From Oopsacas minuta (Eukaryota; Animalia; Porifera): a stretch of DNA of 64,000 nt. The DNA lies in the NCBI GenBank assembly GCA_024704765.1, contig JAKMXF010000221.1, positions 434,001-498,000 on the forward strand, given 5' to 3'. The position numbers and the translations under genes are program-made. Shown one piece after another: positions 44,883 through 58,142 of the stretch (position 1 is the first letter of the stretch; each line of letters begins with the position of its first letter). The notes under the pieces were generated by a model. It ran no database searches. It had not been told where the DNA came from and saw only the letters and a list, made by a program, of their open reading frames with translations.

Positions 44883-47800
44883 CACAAACAAACAATGCAG
44901 TATTTATCCATAAGAAAGGAAGCAAATTTTGACATCTTACAAATGTAATATTAAAGTGGCAAAGATATACAGCTAACTCCCGTAAATCTAACACGGATAT
45001 ATTAAAATACTCGCTTATATCGAAGGCTTAAAATGTACTAATATGGTCAGAAACCGTCGAAGTAATTATCACGGCCCCTTGAGCTTCGATATAACGAGAG
45101 TTACCTGTAGTATACTCCTGCAATAATTTCCGAATATATTCCTATAGTTACACAGCCTGTTAGGCCTCGATCTAACAGGAACTAACTTCACATCAAAACA
45201 TACATTCATTGAAAATGTGTACGAGAACTGTAGATACATAGCTCATCTTACACCTGCTGATTTAATCTGTGGATTGACATGTATGATAATTCTGTTTTCT
45301 TTCAAAGAAATGAAGTCCTCCATGGATAAATGGAGAGCCCCTAGTCTTTACAATCCGCTCGATTTCGTCCTTAGACAGATCCTATGGATTGTAATGACGG
45401 CTAGGAATGCAGTAGTGGTTATAGGAGCTTCTCTAATTTCATTCGCCCTGAGTATGACTGGATACCATTATCTTACACTAGTGGATCACTTAAAACCAGG
45501 TGACGTAATTCTATCCATATATTCATATGATTAATTATAACACTGGTCATCAGTTCTCCAAGGTTTGCATACAGCATCATTTATCAGCTACTCGCATCAG
45601 TAACATCATCTGACCAATCAGATTATCAGCTCTATCCCATTTTACCTAGTCATTCAATCTAGTATTATGGTCTAATTGAAATTTATTTTGGAAATACCTT
45701 CCACAGGTCTCCCTGCACCCTATCTTCCACCCCTGAACTCTACCGTTATAGGGGAGCTAGGCTTTGGGGGGATAGTACTTGTACCGATGATCAGTATCCT
45801 GGAGAGTATAGCTATAGCTAAAGCTTTTGGGAGGAAGAATAATTACAGAATTAACGCTAATCAAGAAATTCTCACTCTTGGATTAGCTAATATTCTTGGA
45901 GCATTTGTACAGGCATTTCCCGTAAGCTATAAATAGAAACAATTACATCCGCTGCTCTACTGTAACTCTATATACAGGTAACAGGAAGCTTCTCTCGAAC
46001 AGCTGTTAATTCCCAGAGCGGAGTAGCTACACCAGCTGGAGGAGTATACACTGGTATCCTTGTCCTGTTAGCTCTACAGTTCTTAACACCAGCTTTCAGC
46101 TATATTCCAACTAGCTCTCTAGCTGCTATAATCATTACAGCAGTACTACCAATGATAGACTGGAGACTTCCTATACAGATGATTAAGGTGTATCCTATTG
46201 ATATACTGTGGTGGTTGATATCTTTCTTGGGGACTCTATTCGTCGGGTAAATTATTATAGCTCTATCTATCCATTCTTTCCGTTGCTAGGTAGCGTTTGG
46301 ACCATTAATGCAGCTGTTCCCAAACTTTTTCATCCGTGGACCGGACTGGACCACCTATGGCAATTTTCACTTATTCTGTGGGCCCACCAGTTGTCTTACG
46401 TGAACCGCTACATTAATGGGCTCGATTTTCTTTCAACCGATTTTCTATACATTACACAATTCAAAGTTAAAGCATACAAATAATAACATTATCTTGCTAG
46501 GGCAGTTTGGAACAAGGAGTGTTGATAGCGTGTGCAGGATCTCTAATCCCAGTCCTATACAGAATGCTTAGACCCTCTCTTATAATCAGAACTGAGCCTC
46601 CGGAGACCATCTATGTGTTCATTAATGGCGGTCTTACCTTCCCAGGTTGTTCTATATGAGTTGCTATTCTCTACATTCATATGTATAATATGCTATACAC
46701 TAGATTATTAAATTTCACTCACTTTATTGTTATAATATTAGTTTATGGTAACAAACTTGTATCGCTTCATGTCAGCAATCAATTGTGAGTTAATCGAGTC
46801 TCTGGGTCGACACCCTCCTATCTCATTACCCAACCAAACTCCTGTACTCCTCGGGAGAGGGAGAGATACCCTCGTATCTGACAAGAGATGCTCTAGAGTA
46901 CAGTTAGAGTTAATTGCAGATTACACCTCTCAAGAAGTATCAGTACAACATAAAGGATCACAGGATTCTAGCGTAGCGGGACAGATCCTTGCTAATGGGG
47001 ATAAAGTTATTGTAGGAAACGGATCGTATTTCTGTCTGTTAGGAGATATGTTTAAGTATAATATATTCTTTCGTATGAAAAGTTCATTGGGGAGTCAATC
47101 ATCTCCAATAAAAGATGAGGATAACGAAACTCTCCAAATTGAGCCAGTAGCCAAAAGATCCAAGCTTGATTACTTCTTAAAATCTTCCAATCATACATTG
47201 CAATCTCCTATTAGTAATGGTAAATGGTCGATAGACGGTAGCATAGTTATACACAAATCACCACTGTTGTATGGAAAGATAGCTGCCTTTGATCTCGACG
47301 GTACTCTCATTACTACCAAATCAGGAAATGTGTTTCCAAAGAATATTTCCGATTGGAAACCTCTGTATACAGGTGTGAAAAATAAACTACAAAGTCTACA
47401 TCATAACGACGGATATGACATCGTGGTATTCTCCAATCAGATGGGTATATCTACTGGTAAGACGAGCATAACAGGAATGAAAGAGAAGTTAGATTCAATT
47501 CTCAGATTTTTTGAGGTCCCAGCTAATATAATATTCGCAACTAAGAAGGATATTAACCGTAAGCCTGCTCCTGGTATGTGGTCCTATTTCCAAACTAACA
47601 GTGGAGACTGTCCGGCAGATATAGCTGATAGTTTCTACTGTGGGGATGCAGCAGGTCGTCCAGAGGACAAGCCTATCGGAAAGAGGAAAGATTTCTCTGA
47701 TTCAGATCTCAAATTCGCTCATAACGTTAGTTTGACATTTTATACGCCAGAGGAATTATTCTTAGGTCAGGAGCCTCCCTCTCTCTCTTTCGGTAACAAA

Positions 47801-49071
47801 TTCAATCCGTATGAGTATAGGAATGATATAGAGTTAAATAAGATACATCTCTTGTCACCTGAGGGAGCTAAAATACCCTTTGAGGAACAAGAATTAATAT
47901 TATTGGTTGGGTGTCAGGCCTCTGGGAAGAGTTCGTTTTATCGGGAACATCTAGCTGCTAATGGATATATACATATTTCTCAGGATATCTTGAAGTCACG
48001 GGATAAATGCTTGTTGTCAACAGAACAGTTATTGACAGCAGGAAAGAATGTTGTTATTGACAATACAAATCCAGATAGAGCGACTAGATCACGATACATA
48101 CAACTAGCTAAGAAGTGTAATGTCCCAGTACGTGTATTTTGGCTTGTAACATCTATAGACCATTGCAGACACAATAATCTGTTCAGACAATTGACTGATA
48201 ACTCAAAATCACATCAAAATATTGATGATAGAGTTTTGAATATTTATCAGAGTAAATTCGAGGAACCCCAGGTAGAAGAGGGGGTGATGGAAATCGTGAG
48301 GGTACACATGATTCCAACTTTTGCGAGCAAAGAACTCGAGGACTTGTATTTCAAATTTCTAGTTTAATTATTCGTAGATTATAACCGACCTTAATGTTAG
48401 CTATAAGTACTGTGTGGAATTGCTGGATTTTTGACGGTCAATTCAGTGTGGAAATGATGATTAAAGGCCGAGATTAAAGAGCTAATAGTTATTGAGTGCT
48501 GTGAAGATATTGGAGTGCAGATTAGTTGTTTCTTGAAGCAATGATTTGAATTCAAATACTCCTGAGGACTCTCTTATAACTGTTTAGCTTTATGTAAACA
48601 CTGCCGAAGCGAATTCTGATCCACACTTAGATACATAAAATCACCCTAGTTATGTGGCCAATTATAGCATAACTAAGAGCCATTACCGTTGCCATTATGT
48701 TCAAAATTGTATTCTGACATCTCTCCTCTTCAGGTCCAGATTATTTGAGGCGTCTGATTACAGAGAGCCGCGAACAGACTGGAGTAAGTCATGTTCAGCT
48801 AGACTTCACTTCTGTTACTCAGATAGACTATACTGTATTACAGGGATTAGAAGAACTAGCTATTGAGCTTAATAGTCAAGGAGTAGAGCTACATATTATA
48901 AACACACAACCTCAAATCAGAAAGTATTTCAAGAGGGCTAAACTCAAACACATCGATATACAAGATCCTCCCTTACTACAGCCACTAGGTCAACAGCCTA
49001 GATCCTCTGAATCCGATCCCACGATTAACCTAACAACACAAAAGTATGCGGACTATAATTCTATTCCTTGA
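44173..49071 (+). CDS. SLC26A11: Sodium-independent sulfate anion transporter SLC26A11-like (626 aa, 7 exons), host of nested PNKP
   Basis: Exons 44173-44434, 44506-44810, 45148-45499, 45707-45921, 45978-46241, 46501-46645, 48734-49071 (1,881 nt). DLIAGITVGLMVLPQGLAYA, PIQYGLYSSF, NQEILTLGLAN, VTGSFSRTAVN, STAS domain DFTSVTQIDYT. The exon-5 donor is uncertain. Confidence 0.88.
44812..44881. repeat. (TAT/ATT)n microsatellite, ~23 units, beginning inside the SLC26A11 intron-2 donor
   Basis: CAG|gttattattatt...; the source of the poly-Ile and poly-Tyr artefact ORFs in the track. Confidence 0.99.
44970..45107. mobile_element. MITE family A, best-preserved copy (138 bp, TA-flanked)
   Basis: TA|CAGCTAACTCCCGTAA...ATAACGAGAGTTACCTG|TA. 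Confidence 0.8.
46311..46410. mobile_element. 100-bp hAT-type MITE with a perfect 8-bp TSD
   Basis: cattaatg (46303-46310)|cagctgttcccaaac...gaaccgcta|cattaatg (46411-46418); related to the element at 60942. Confidence 0.85.
46745..48367 (+). CDS. PNKP: Polynucleotide kinase 3'-phosphatase, intronless, nested in SLC26A11 intron 6 on the same strand
   Basis: FHA (LLGRG...DKRCSR), HAD phosphatase FDLDGT...SNQMG...RKP...YCGDAAGR...DFSDSD, kinase P-loop GCQASGKS, VIDNTNPD. Start at 46745 or 46769. Confidence 0.96.
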   Translation: MVTNLYRFMSAINCELIESLGRHPPISLPNQTPVLLGRGRDTLVSDKRCSRVQLELIADYTSQEVSVQHKGSQDSSVAGQILANGDKVIVGNGSYFCLLGDMFKYNIFFRMKSSLGSQSSPIKDEDNETLQIEPVAKRSKLDYFLKSSNHTLQSPISNGKWSIDGSIVIHKSPLLYGKIAAFDLDGTLITTKSGNVFPKNISDWKPLYTGVKNKLQSLHHNDGYDIVVFSNQMGISTGKTSITGMKEKLDSILRFFEVPANIIFATKKDINRKPAPGMWSYFQTNSGDCPADIADSFYCGDAAGRPEDKPIGKRKDFSDSDLKFAHNVSLTFYTPEELFLGQEPPSLSFGNKFNPYEYRNDIELNKIHLLSPEGAKIPFEEQELILLVGCQASGKSSFYREHLAANGYIHISQDILKSRDKCLLSTEQLLTAGKNVVIDNTNPDRATRSRYIQLAKKCNVPVRVFWLVTSIDHCRHNNLFRQLTDNSKSHQNIDDRVLNIYQSKFEEPQVEEGVMEIVRVHMIPTFASKELEDLYFKFLV

Positions 49072-49232
49072 AGCTTTGTAAAGTGTGAAAAGATTCGTAC
49101 ATATCCTATTTTACTGTGTATTTATTTTCAGAACTGTTTAATAGTATGATTGTTTGCAATAGCTCTAATATTTAATATGAACCCCCCCCAGTGTGTATTA
49201 TCAAATGCTTCAATTCAATACAGTTAGATTTT

Positions 49233-50072
49233 ATGGACAGAATTAATTTTATCACACAAGAGCATTCTAGGACGCTAGACGGTCTGCATAGAGAGATACA
49301 TAAGCTACAAGGACGCTGTAATTATCTTACTTTCAAGCTACACTTCTCGAATGAGGATCAGGATAACATTGCGGATGAGAATGGAAGTGATAACACTAAT
49401 GCATTTGATAATATAGATAATCTCAGAGCACAACTAGAGGATGTGACACAGTCACTCGGTGCGGAGTTACATCACAAAAGTGAGATAATAAATGAATTAG
49501 AAAATCAATTGTTAGAAGCTCAGAAAGAAATTTCAATTTTATCAGAGAAACAGAGACACTCTCAGTCAGAATTAGAATCAAAGTCTAAAGCAATAGCATT
49601 CCTAACCAGTAGTCTCCAGCAGATTAAATCTAAACTAGCTACAAGTCCTCTTATACAGAAAATAAGCAAGCCTCTTCAACCAATTAGTAGCACGGTTTTC
49701 TTCGCCGAGGAGGAATTCCAGACTCCAACTTATAAGTCCCTCCCTCCGTCTTTTGACCCCATGAGCTCTCCCAAATTCCTTGTACCCACTCCCCCAGCAG
49801 AAAATCCAAAGAATCGGGCCTCTCATCCTCGGTATCACAGACGATATAGCGCCCCTAGACTGCGAACAAAGTCTGTAAACGAATCTCTCCCCCTCGCTCT
49901 CCTCCCTGAAGACAAGATTCATTTGGTCCCGGTCCCTTCTAAGACCAACAAAAAATTGGTCCTACCCCCGATCCCAAACACCAGCAGAGAGTCTAACTCC
50001 AGGAGCGGACCAATGGTTGGTACCTTACAATCCTCAAAGGCGACCCGATCAACTCGTGTGAAGGATTTCTAA
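49233..50072 (+). CDS. CCDC92-like: CCDC92/CCDC74-family coiled-coil protein
   Basis: FITQEHSRTLDGLHREIHKLQGRCNYLTFKL matches the family N-terminal motif; coiled coil; C-terminal LPPI motif. Confidence 0.72.
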   Translation: MDRINFITQEHSRTLDGLHREIHKLQGRCNYLTFKLHFSNEDQDNIADENGSDNTNAFDNIDNLRAQLEDVTQSLGAELHHKSEIINELENQLLEAQKEISILSEKQRHSQSELESKSKAIAFLTSSLQQIKSKLATSPLIQKISKPLQPISSTVFFAEEEFQTPTYKSLPPSFDPMSSPKFLVPTPPAENPKNRASHPRYHRRYSAPRLRTKSVNESLPLALLPEDKIHLVPVPSKTNKKLVLPPIPNTSRESNSRSGPMVGTLQSSKATRSTRVKDF

Positions 50073-50580
50073 AAATTCCATCACTCACTTTCCGTTTCTA
50101 CTTTGTACTCACAGACTAGCAGTTCGTAATGCTATTGCATCTTTTATATGTATTATATCCCATAATTCAATACTAATTTATCTTGAGATATAAGCTACTA
50201 CTGGATAATGATAGTTGATGGAATCTATTCTATTTATAGGGACAGTTATGCCTTAACTGTATCAGCCATGTGACACCCCTGTATTCACTAATTATGTCAA
50301 GTTCACATTCCCTTCCCTATCAATTTACAGTCTCAGATAGGTGTTAAAAATAGGTATAAACCACTTCTTAAATAGTACAGTGAATGCGTAATTCACAATT
50401 CAATATACCCAATAGAATATCTGCCTACACATTCTGGGTAAGCCCTCAAATCTGATAGGTCAACTTATTTGTTACAAATACCAGGGATGTGTCATTTAAA
50501 TTTCTACGTCACAGAAACATTAACTATATTGTGAGTCTATTCTAAGTGAATTGAATACACCAAATTATAGCATAAGCTCA

Positions 50581-52325
50581 TTAACATATAAATTTGTGTT
50601 CCGTATACTCTCCTATGTTTCTACCTTTGGTTTCATACGGCAATAGGAATGTAAGGATAGCTCCTATTACCCCTGTTACACCATATAGTGTTATTGCAGC
50701 ATAGAAACTAGTCTGTAAGAGAATTACAGCTGCGAATGAGGTTGTCATCATGCCGAATCTTGCCATGAGATTAGCCATCGATAAAGCTGAGCTCCGTATA
50801 TGAGTTGCATATACTTCTGGGGTATATACATAGACAACTTGTAAGCTACCTGATATACACGCACGTGCTGTGAATAGAAAAACTGTTTTTATAATTTTAT
50901 CATTAACCCCCGTGCAAATATTCAGCAGCAGAGTGAACAAACTTCCAATCAAGAATAGGATTATGGTCGTCAGTTTTCTGCCCAGAATATCATTGAAGAG
51001 GACTGCTACTAGAATTCCTGGGAACTCTCCGAATGATATTAACAGGGAATAAATTAACTCTTCCTCACTCAACACTTTACATCTTGTATCAGTAATCGTA
51101 TTGTTTGTGTGGACTCTCGTGACGCAGTGTGTATCGTATTGGAATAATCCAGTAGTTAATAGTACTGCCCCGAAGTAGCAGAACCCGCCAATATACCAAA
51201 TCATGCTCAACAGTAGACTAGTCAATCGATATTCTCTAGAAGCGAGTTCTAAAAGGTTTCCTTTCTGTTTTTGAGGTCTCTCTATGAGAGGTAATTCCGA
51301 GGGGACAGAGTGTACAAGCTCCCCCGGGGGTAGGGCCCTACAGTTCTGTTTGGCCCCTGATTTAAGCACCTGATAGGCTTCACCCAGTTCATCACATTCT
51401 AGGAGATACCTAGGGCTCTTAGGAATGCAGGGTATAATGAATAACACAAGTATACCTGGTATAGTAGTAAACCCGATCATGTATCTCCAGCCTAATCTCT
51501 CCAGGACTAGAATAGCCAGGAGACATTCTATAACACTACCCCCTGCCCACGCTAATTGTAATAGTAAGATTGATGAGGAGCGATACCTGGTGGGTAGAAA
51601 TTCTGTAAAATATGTTATAGATTGTGTTAATGCACTCAAACTAATTCCTACGCAAAATCTAACTGTCAGTACCCAGTTGAAGGTAGGAGCTAGTGACGTC
51701 ACGAGTCCAAAGTAGACAAGGAAAAACGTGGAAATCCATAATATCCTTCTTCTCCCGAACCTACAATAAATGAGAATTCAGTTTGTTTCCTAAAATTCCA
51801 AATTACATTGTAACCTCCACAAACCGTGTGTCAGGGAAGCCGAAATGCTGCCATGTTACCCCGAAAAATGGAGTACTAGGAATTCGCTCTATTCAATTCC
51901 CTCCGTTTCGGAAATTCCCAGTTTCTACGGGCCCGCTTGTTGAGGTTTCACTGAACGTATATCAATTCGTGATAACTGTTCTATTTTCAGACTTACTTAT
52001 CACTTAATATTCCCCATGCCAGAGACCCAAGAGCTTCTCCAGCAAACACTACCACAGTAATAATAGCTACATCATATGAGGATAATGACCATAGACACTG
52101 TAATGTCGGTGATATAATTGTTAGGAGCATTAACTCCATAGAGTCTGACATCCATAGGAGCGCTGTGAAAATACTCAATTTTGATTGAAACAGTCCATAT
52201 CCTATCTTCTCTATAGCCCTGTCTATTGTGAAATTTAGGTTTTCGCTACTCTCTAACTCTCCTTCTTCACCCCTTCCAATCGTCTCTGAGTTCCTATTGT
52301 TCCCATAATCTCTACTATGATTCAT
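50581..52325 (-). CDS. SVOP: Synaptic vesicle 2-related MFS transporter (502 aa)
   Basis: Exons 52325-51997 and 51760-50581 (DK|FGRRR). AIEKIGYGLFQ, DSMELMLL, TEFLP, GEFPG, YVYTPEVYATHIRS, LPYETKGR. Confidence 0.88.
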
Positions 52326-52552
52326 TTCAATCAATAATGAATACTCAAATATTATTTGTATATTTTATTCATAAAAATAAGCCTAGTATCTTGTATAATT
52401 ATCCCGTGATCTTAATAATAGATTTCTCATATTTATGAATAAACAAAAGTTTATTGTTTACAAGCCATGTGCCACTATCGTCAATTTATTAGCTTCAATA
52501 GCTCGATATTCCGAGCTGGTGGGCCCAGGGGTAACCAATATATCAAGGTTGC

Positions 52553-52609
52553 AACCGAATATTATCAGTATTTGGTTAGGCTGCTATTCATGAATACTGA
52601 TATTCGGTT
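52553..52609. repeat. Imperfect hairpin (likely MITE remnant) in the SVOP/ATP5F1B divergent gap
   Basis: AACCGAATATTATCAGTATT ... AATACTGATATTCGGTT. Confidence 0.5.
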
Positions 52610-52930
52610 TGATCGGTTTCAAACTTGCAATATATTCATTCTCATATCGTCGATCCACTCATACTCACAGGCACCGAGTCCGGGGAGGGGGCTGGGTAGC
52701 TTAGGCCCCTGGTTACACCACCATAGAGTTGATATAAAACATGTGTGAGCCCCCAAGCCCCCACGATAATAATACATGACTAACATGAGCTATCAAGTTG
52801 TTAGAAAGTTCGGCGCTCCTCAATTCTCTCAGCTTCCTATTTGTAAATCGCCCATTTTTCTCTTAGCATTTATAAGCTCAGTACTTTATAACATATTTCT
52901 CACCTCTCAGAACTAATTACTGCTGAATAA

Positions 52931-54517
<1,587 letters not shown>

Positions 54518-54538
54518 TGTTAGTTCCATATAGAACTA

Positions 54539-54540
<2 letters not shown>

Positions 54541-54570
<30 letters not shown>
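54541..54570. repeat. (TTA)10 microsatellite
   Basis: Directly visible 24 nt after the ATP5F1B stop. Confidence 0.95.
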
Positions 54571-54880
54571 GTATATTATCACGCATGGTGCGATCAATCG
54601 GTAGCTAGTTATTTTCTGTCGAATACTTTTGTAATTCATATTACAGTATATGTTAATAAGAGGAGTGTTAATTGAATTAAGACGATTCGCCACCTGTGAG
54701 GACACCCTGCCCACTGGTTGACGACGAGATAGTACATCTGGAATGTGTATGTATGTTATACACATTCCAACATCACTAATATCTAATTTATAAATGCCTA
54801 GGCGTAGGCTTGGTAACCATAGCTCCACTTACATATGCCATTTTCTGTATATATTTTTTATTTATTCATATAGCATATAA

Positions 54881-57878
54881 ATGTATTATCTCCTAATTCT
54901 ATATACGTTACTACTGCTATTCTCACCTGTCAGACTTCAGAACTGTCCTCAGGGAGTATCCATAGTCCTGACAAGACCTAATAGCGTGTTAGAAAATGGA
55001 CTAGTAGACTTGACCTGTTCAGTTACAATACCAGGAGATATTACGCTACCCACTGAGGTCACATGGCATAAAGATTTTCTTATTCTTGAAACCTCTGACA
55101 GCAGTCGTTACATCACTAGTCGTAAGGTTGAAACTTCCACAGAGGTGTCATTCGGTCTTCAGATCCAACAAGCACAGGTGGAAGACTCAGGGCTCTATTC
55201 TTGTGACCCTGTCCTCTCCGGAGCCCTCTGTCGCGCTTCTGTAAATCTCACTGTTAACTATGCTCTAGCAGTAATTGTTGAGGATCAGGTATGCTAATTT
55301 TATTGCTCAATATTTACTAATAAAATTAATCTTTATATATTTTGTTTAGGACGCATTAACTGGTACTGACGTCACTCTTGTTTGTCTAATTCGGGGGGTT
55401 GACACCTCTGTAATCTGGTACCGATTCAATGAGACCACTGGGAACAACCAGCTGTACGATACGGACGGGAAATACTCTTTCTCTCAGGAGGGGAGCTATT
55501 TTTATTTGAGTTTTGATTCAGCCTCCAGTGAGGACACAGGTGTTTACGCATGTGAGGGACGATCTCCTACCGGTAGAGTCCAAGAAGATTTTAATTTCTA
55601 CTCATTATTAGCTCCTAGCGGGACTATTATAAGAGGGGGAACAGATGGAGAGTTTGTAGCGTTTAGTGGAGATGATCTTATACTAGAATGCTACGCTGAT
55701 GTAAGTTTACTTCTATCAGCGTTTCATAACCCGAGTCCATCTCTACCACTTGAATATGTTAATTACATTATCTAGGGTGTCCGTGCTCCTGAGTATAACT
55801 GGACAATAAATGGCGTAAAGCTAGAAGTGGACACAGACGATCTCATATTCAATATGACCTCTGGAGAACTGACTATAGTGAGTGCTACTAAATTTGATGA
55901 GGGGACTTACACCTGTGAAGCTTATAATAAGGCTGGTAGTGAGGCTACTTCAGTAGTTGTCACTATCCACATAGTTGCTAGTATTATAGGTCAAGATCAA
56001 GCTGTTAATGTAGGGCTAGGAAGTGAGGCCAATTTAACTGTTAGGTTGAGTGCTAGTCCTCCTATTGATTTTGTACAGTGGACTACAAGCTCTGACATAT
56101 TGGCTAACTCTACGAAATACAGAATATATCTAAATGGTGAGATTTAACACATTTTGTGTACTCCTGTGGTCTCATATGGTCTCCTATGGGCCTCATGTTG
56201 TGAACCGCAGCTCTACAAATTGCCAGTATAACCAGGATAGAACCATGGATGCTCACCTATTCCCTTTTAGGTACTCTACTTATATCTGACATAACAGAAT
56301 CTGATGATACAGCTTATAAGCTAAAAGCTTGTAACACTATCTCCGGTTTAGTTAAGTGTGCTCAGTCTCAACCAATCTCTCTACTTGTAATCCTCCCCTC
56401 TCTCGCTCCGACTGATCTAGAAGTTGAATCAGAGGACGAGGAAGCTCGGTCTGTTGAGATATCTTGGATTAACCCTCCTACAAACGTCCGTAATTCTCCT
56501 GAATACTACACACTAGAGATCAGGACATCTGAGCTAGAAGAATATACCCTGTTAGATGAGGAGATACCTGTCACCTCTTCCTCTAGCTACACCCTTACTA
56601 AACTATTTTTCGGTTACCAGAACCTGTTTAGACTCAGGGGTAGTAATCTAGGGGGGCTAGGGGAACCCTCAAACGTGTTAAATGTGACCCTCATACCAGG
56701 GGAACCAAGAATACGAAGTGTTACAGCCACTGTGATTAGCTCCACATCTCTAAATGTCACGTATCTCTTATGGCACGATGGTGGCAGCCCTTTGACCTCC
56801 CTCTTTGTCCAGTATAAAGAGAACAGCTCGGATGTATGGAATAATCTAACTCAAGAATTTGAAGATGACGTCATAGTATATTTCATTGTTATAACAGATC
56901 TCAAAAGTGCTACTTATTTTGACGTAAGTTAGTAACCATTCTAAACAATTGGTATGCTATAGATTCGATTTATAGATTCGTGTACAAGTGTCTAATGAGT
57001 TAGGAGAATCGGATTTCTTTGAGCCAGCGGAGAAGCTGCTACCAGACTCCCTCCCTGGTGTCCCGGTGTTATCAGAATCAAACGCAAATCTTGATTCTGT
57101 AGAAGTATCGATAATTCTTGATGATTTTGGTACCGGCGAGTTGTTAGGATTCTTTATAAAGTATGTTCTAAAGGACAACGAAACGATAGAAGAGGTATCA
57201 GTTGTTGATCTGGGGGTGTCATTAGGTAAACCGTTTGTTTGGGAGATAACAGGTCTTGAGAATGAAGCGACGTATGTGTTCTCAGCAGCTGGTAACAGCA
57301 CGATAGGACTGGGACCTTATTCCAAAGAAGTGAATATATATACCGACACTAAATTCTATGAGGATTTGCCTTTTAAGATTCTTGTTGGGGTAGCAGCCTG
57401 CCTTGTAATATTTGTATTAGCGCTTTTCTTCCTACTCGGTTGTATTGGCTGCTGCTGTTTCAAATACGGAAAGAAAAGAGAGTATAAACATATTTATAAG
57501 ACAAGGCCAGGGGGTCCCGCAGAGAACTTCGCACTTACTGAAGACGGACCTGATGGAATTGATTTCCCACAGCTGTCCTCTGCCAAGCCACTCACTAGAC
57601 CCCCTCTGGGGGACGGGTCATGGTCCGAGAGATCAACACCTCCAGTTGTCCCTCCCAGAAAGGGGGATTACCTGGACGAGGTCCATTCATACCACCCCTC
57701 TCCTCCTCTCGCAGGGTACACCGCGGTTAAAGACCCGAAACGAGCCCTCTTGGGTGTTGATTATCCCTCGGATCCCTTTGGTGACCTCCCCATGAAAAAG
57801 AACTTCATGGGACAGGACAAACCTCCCAATCCCTCCCTGGGTAACATTTCACAGGGCTCCTATATTACAGACGTTTAA
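54881..57878 (+). CDS. Type I membrane IgSF protein: signal peptide, 4 Ig, 3 FN3, TM, cytoplasmic tail (891 aa)
   Basis: Exons 54881-55288, 55350-55700, 55776-56136, 56271-56923, 56976-57878 (2,676 nt). DSGLYSC, DTGVYAC, DEGTYTC Ig motifs; FN3 W/Y patterns; TM ILVGVAACLVIFVLALFFLLGCIGCCC; C-terminus YITDV. Confidence 0.85.
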
Positions 57879-58076
57879 ACTATTTCCTGACGGATTTATA
57901 TATTCTTACTCACCTCTGCCTGATCGTTTCCCGCTTTGCAGTTGGTTAGTTTTGTAGAATTATTAGCAAATTTGTTTTCTCATTTCTTTTTATATTTTAC
58001 TCTTTCTTAATATTATAATCTATTTTATTTGCGTTTTATTTACTAAATATATCGATTCTTGGCACACAAAGATTGT

Positions 58077-58103
58077 TGTTTGTTTGTTTGTTTGTTTGTT
58101 TGT
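58077..58103. repeat. (TGTT)n microsatellite
   Basis: Directly visible about 40 nt upstream of the GALT start. Confidence 0.85.
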
Positions 58104-58142
58104 TGTTTTGTTATCATATTAAATACTAAACTGTAACAGCTA

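Noticed and set aside
44690-44948. ORFs with poly-Ile and poly-Tyr runs
   Set aside because: Artefacts of translating the (TAT)n microsatellite in an intron.
48454-48565. C/D snoRNA-like boxes (ATGATGA ... CTGA) in SLC26A11 intron 6 after PNKP
   Set aside because: No terminal stem and no rRNA complement I could recognise; these motifs are frequent in AT-rich DNA.
56167-56196. Three 10-nt tandem units (tggtctcata-like) in an Ig/FN3 gene intron
   Set aside because: Short degenerate minisatellite; no spacers or flanking structure, so not CRISPR-like.
56958-56980. Duplicated tatagattcg creating a second acceptor (56962) that would give a secreted Ig/FN3 isoform
   Set aside because: It needs a 39-nt intron, below the shortest intron seen here (52 nt), so it is probably unusable.
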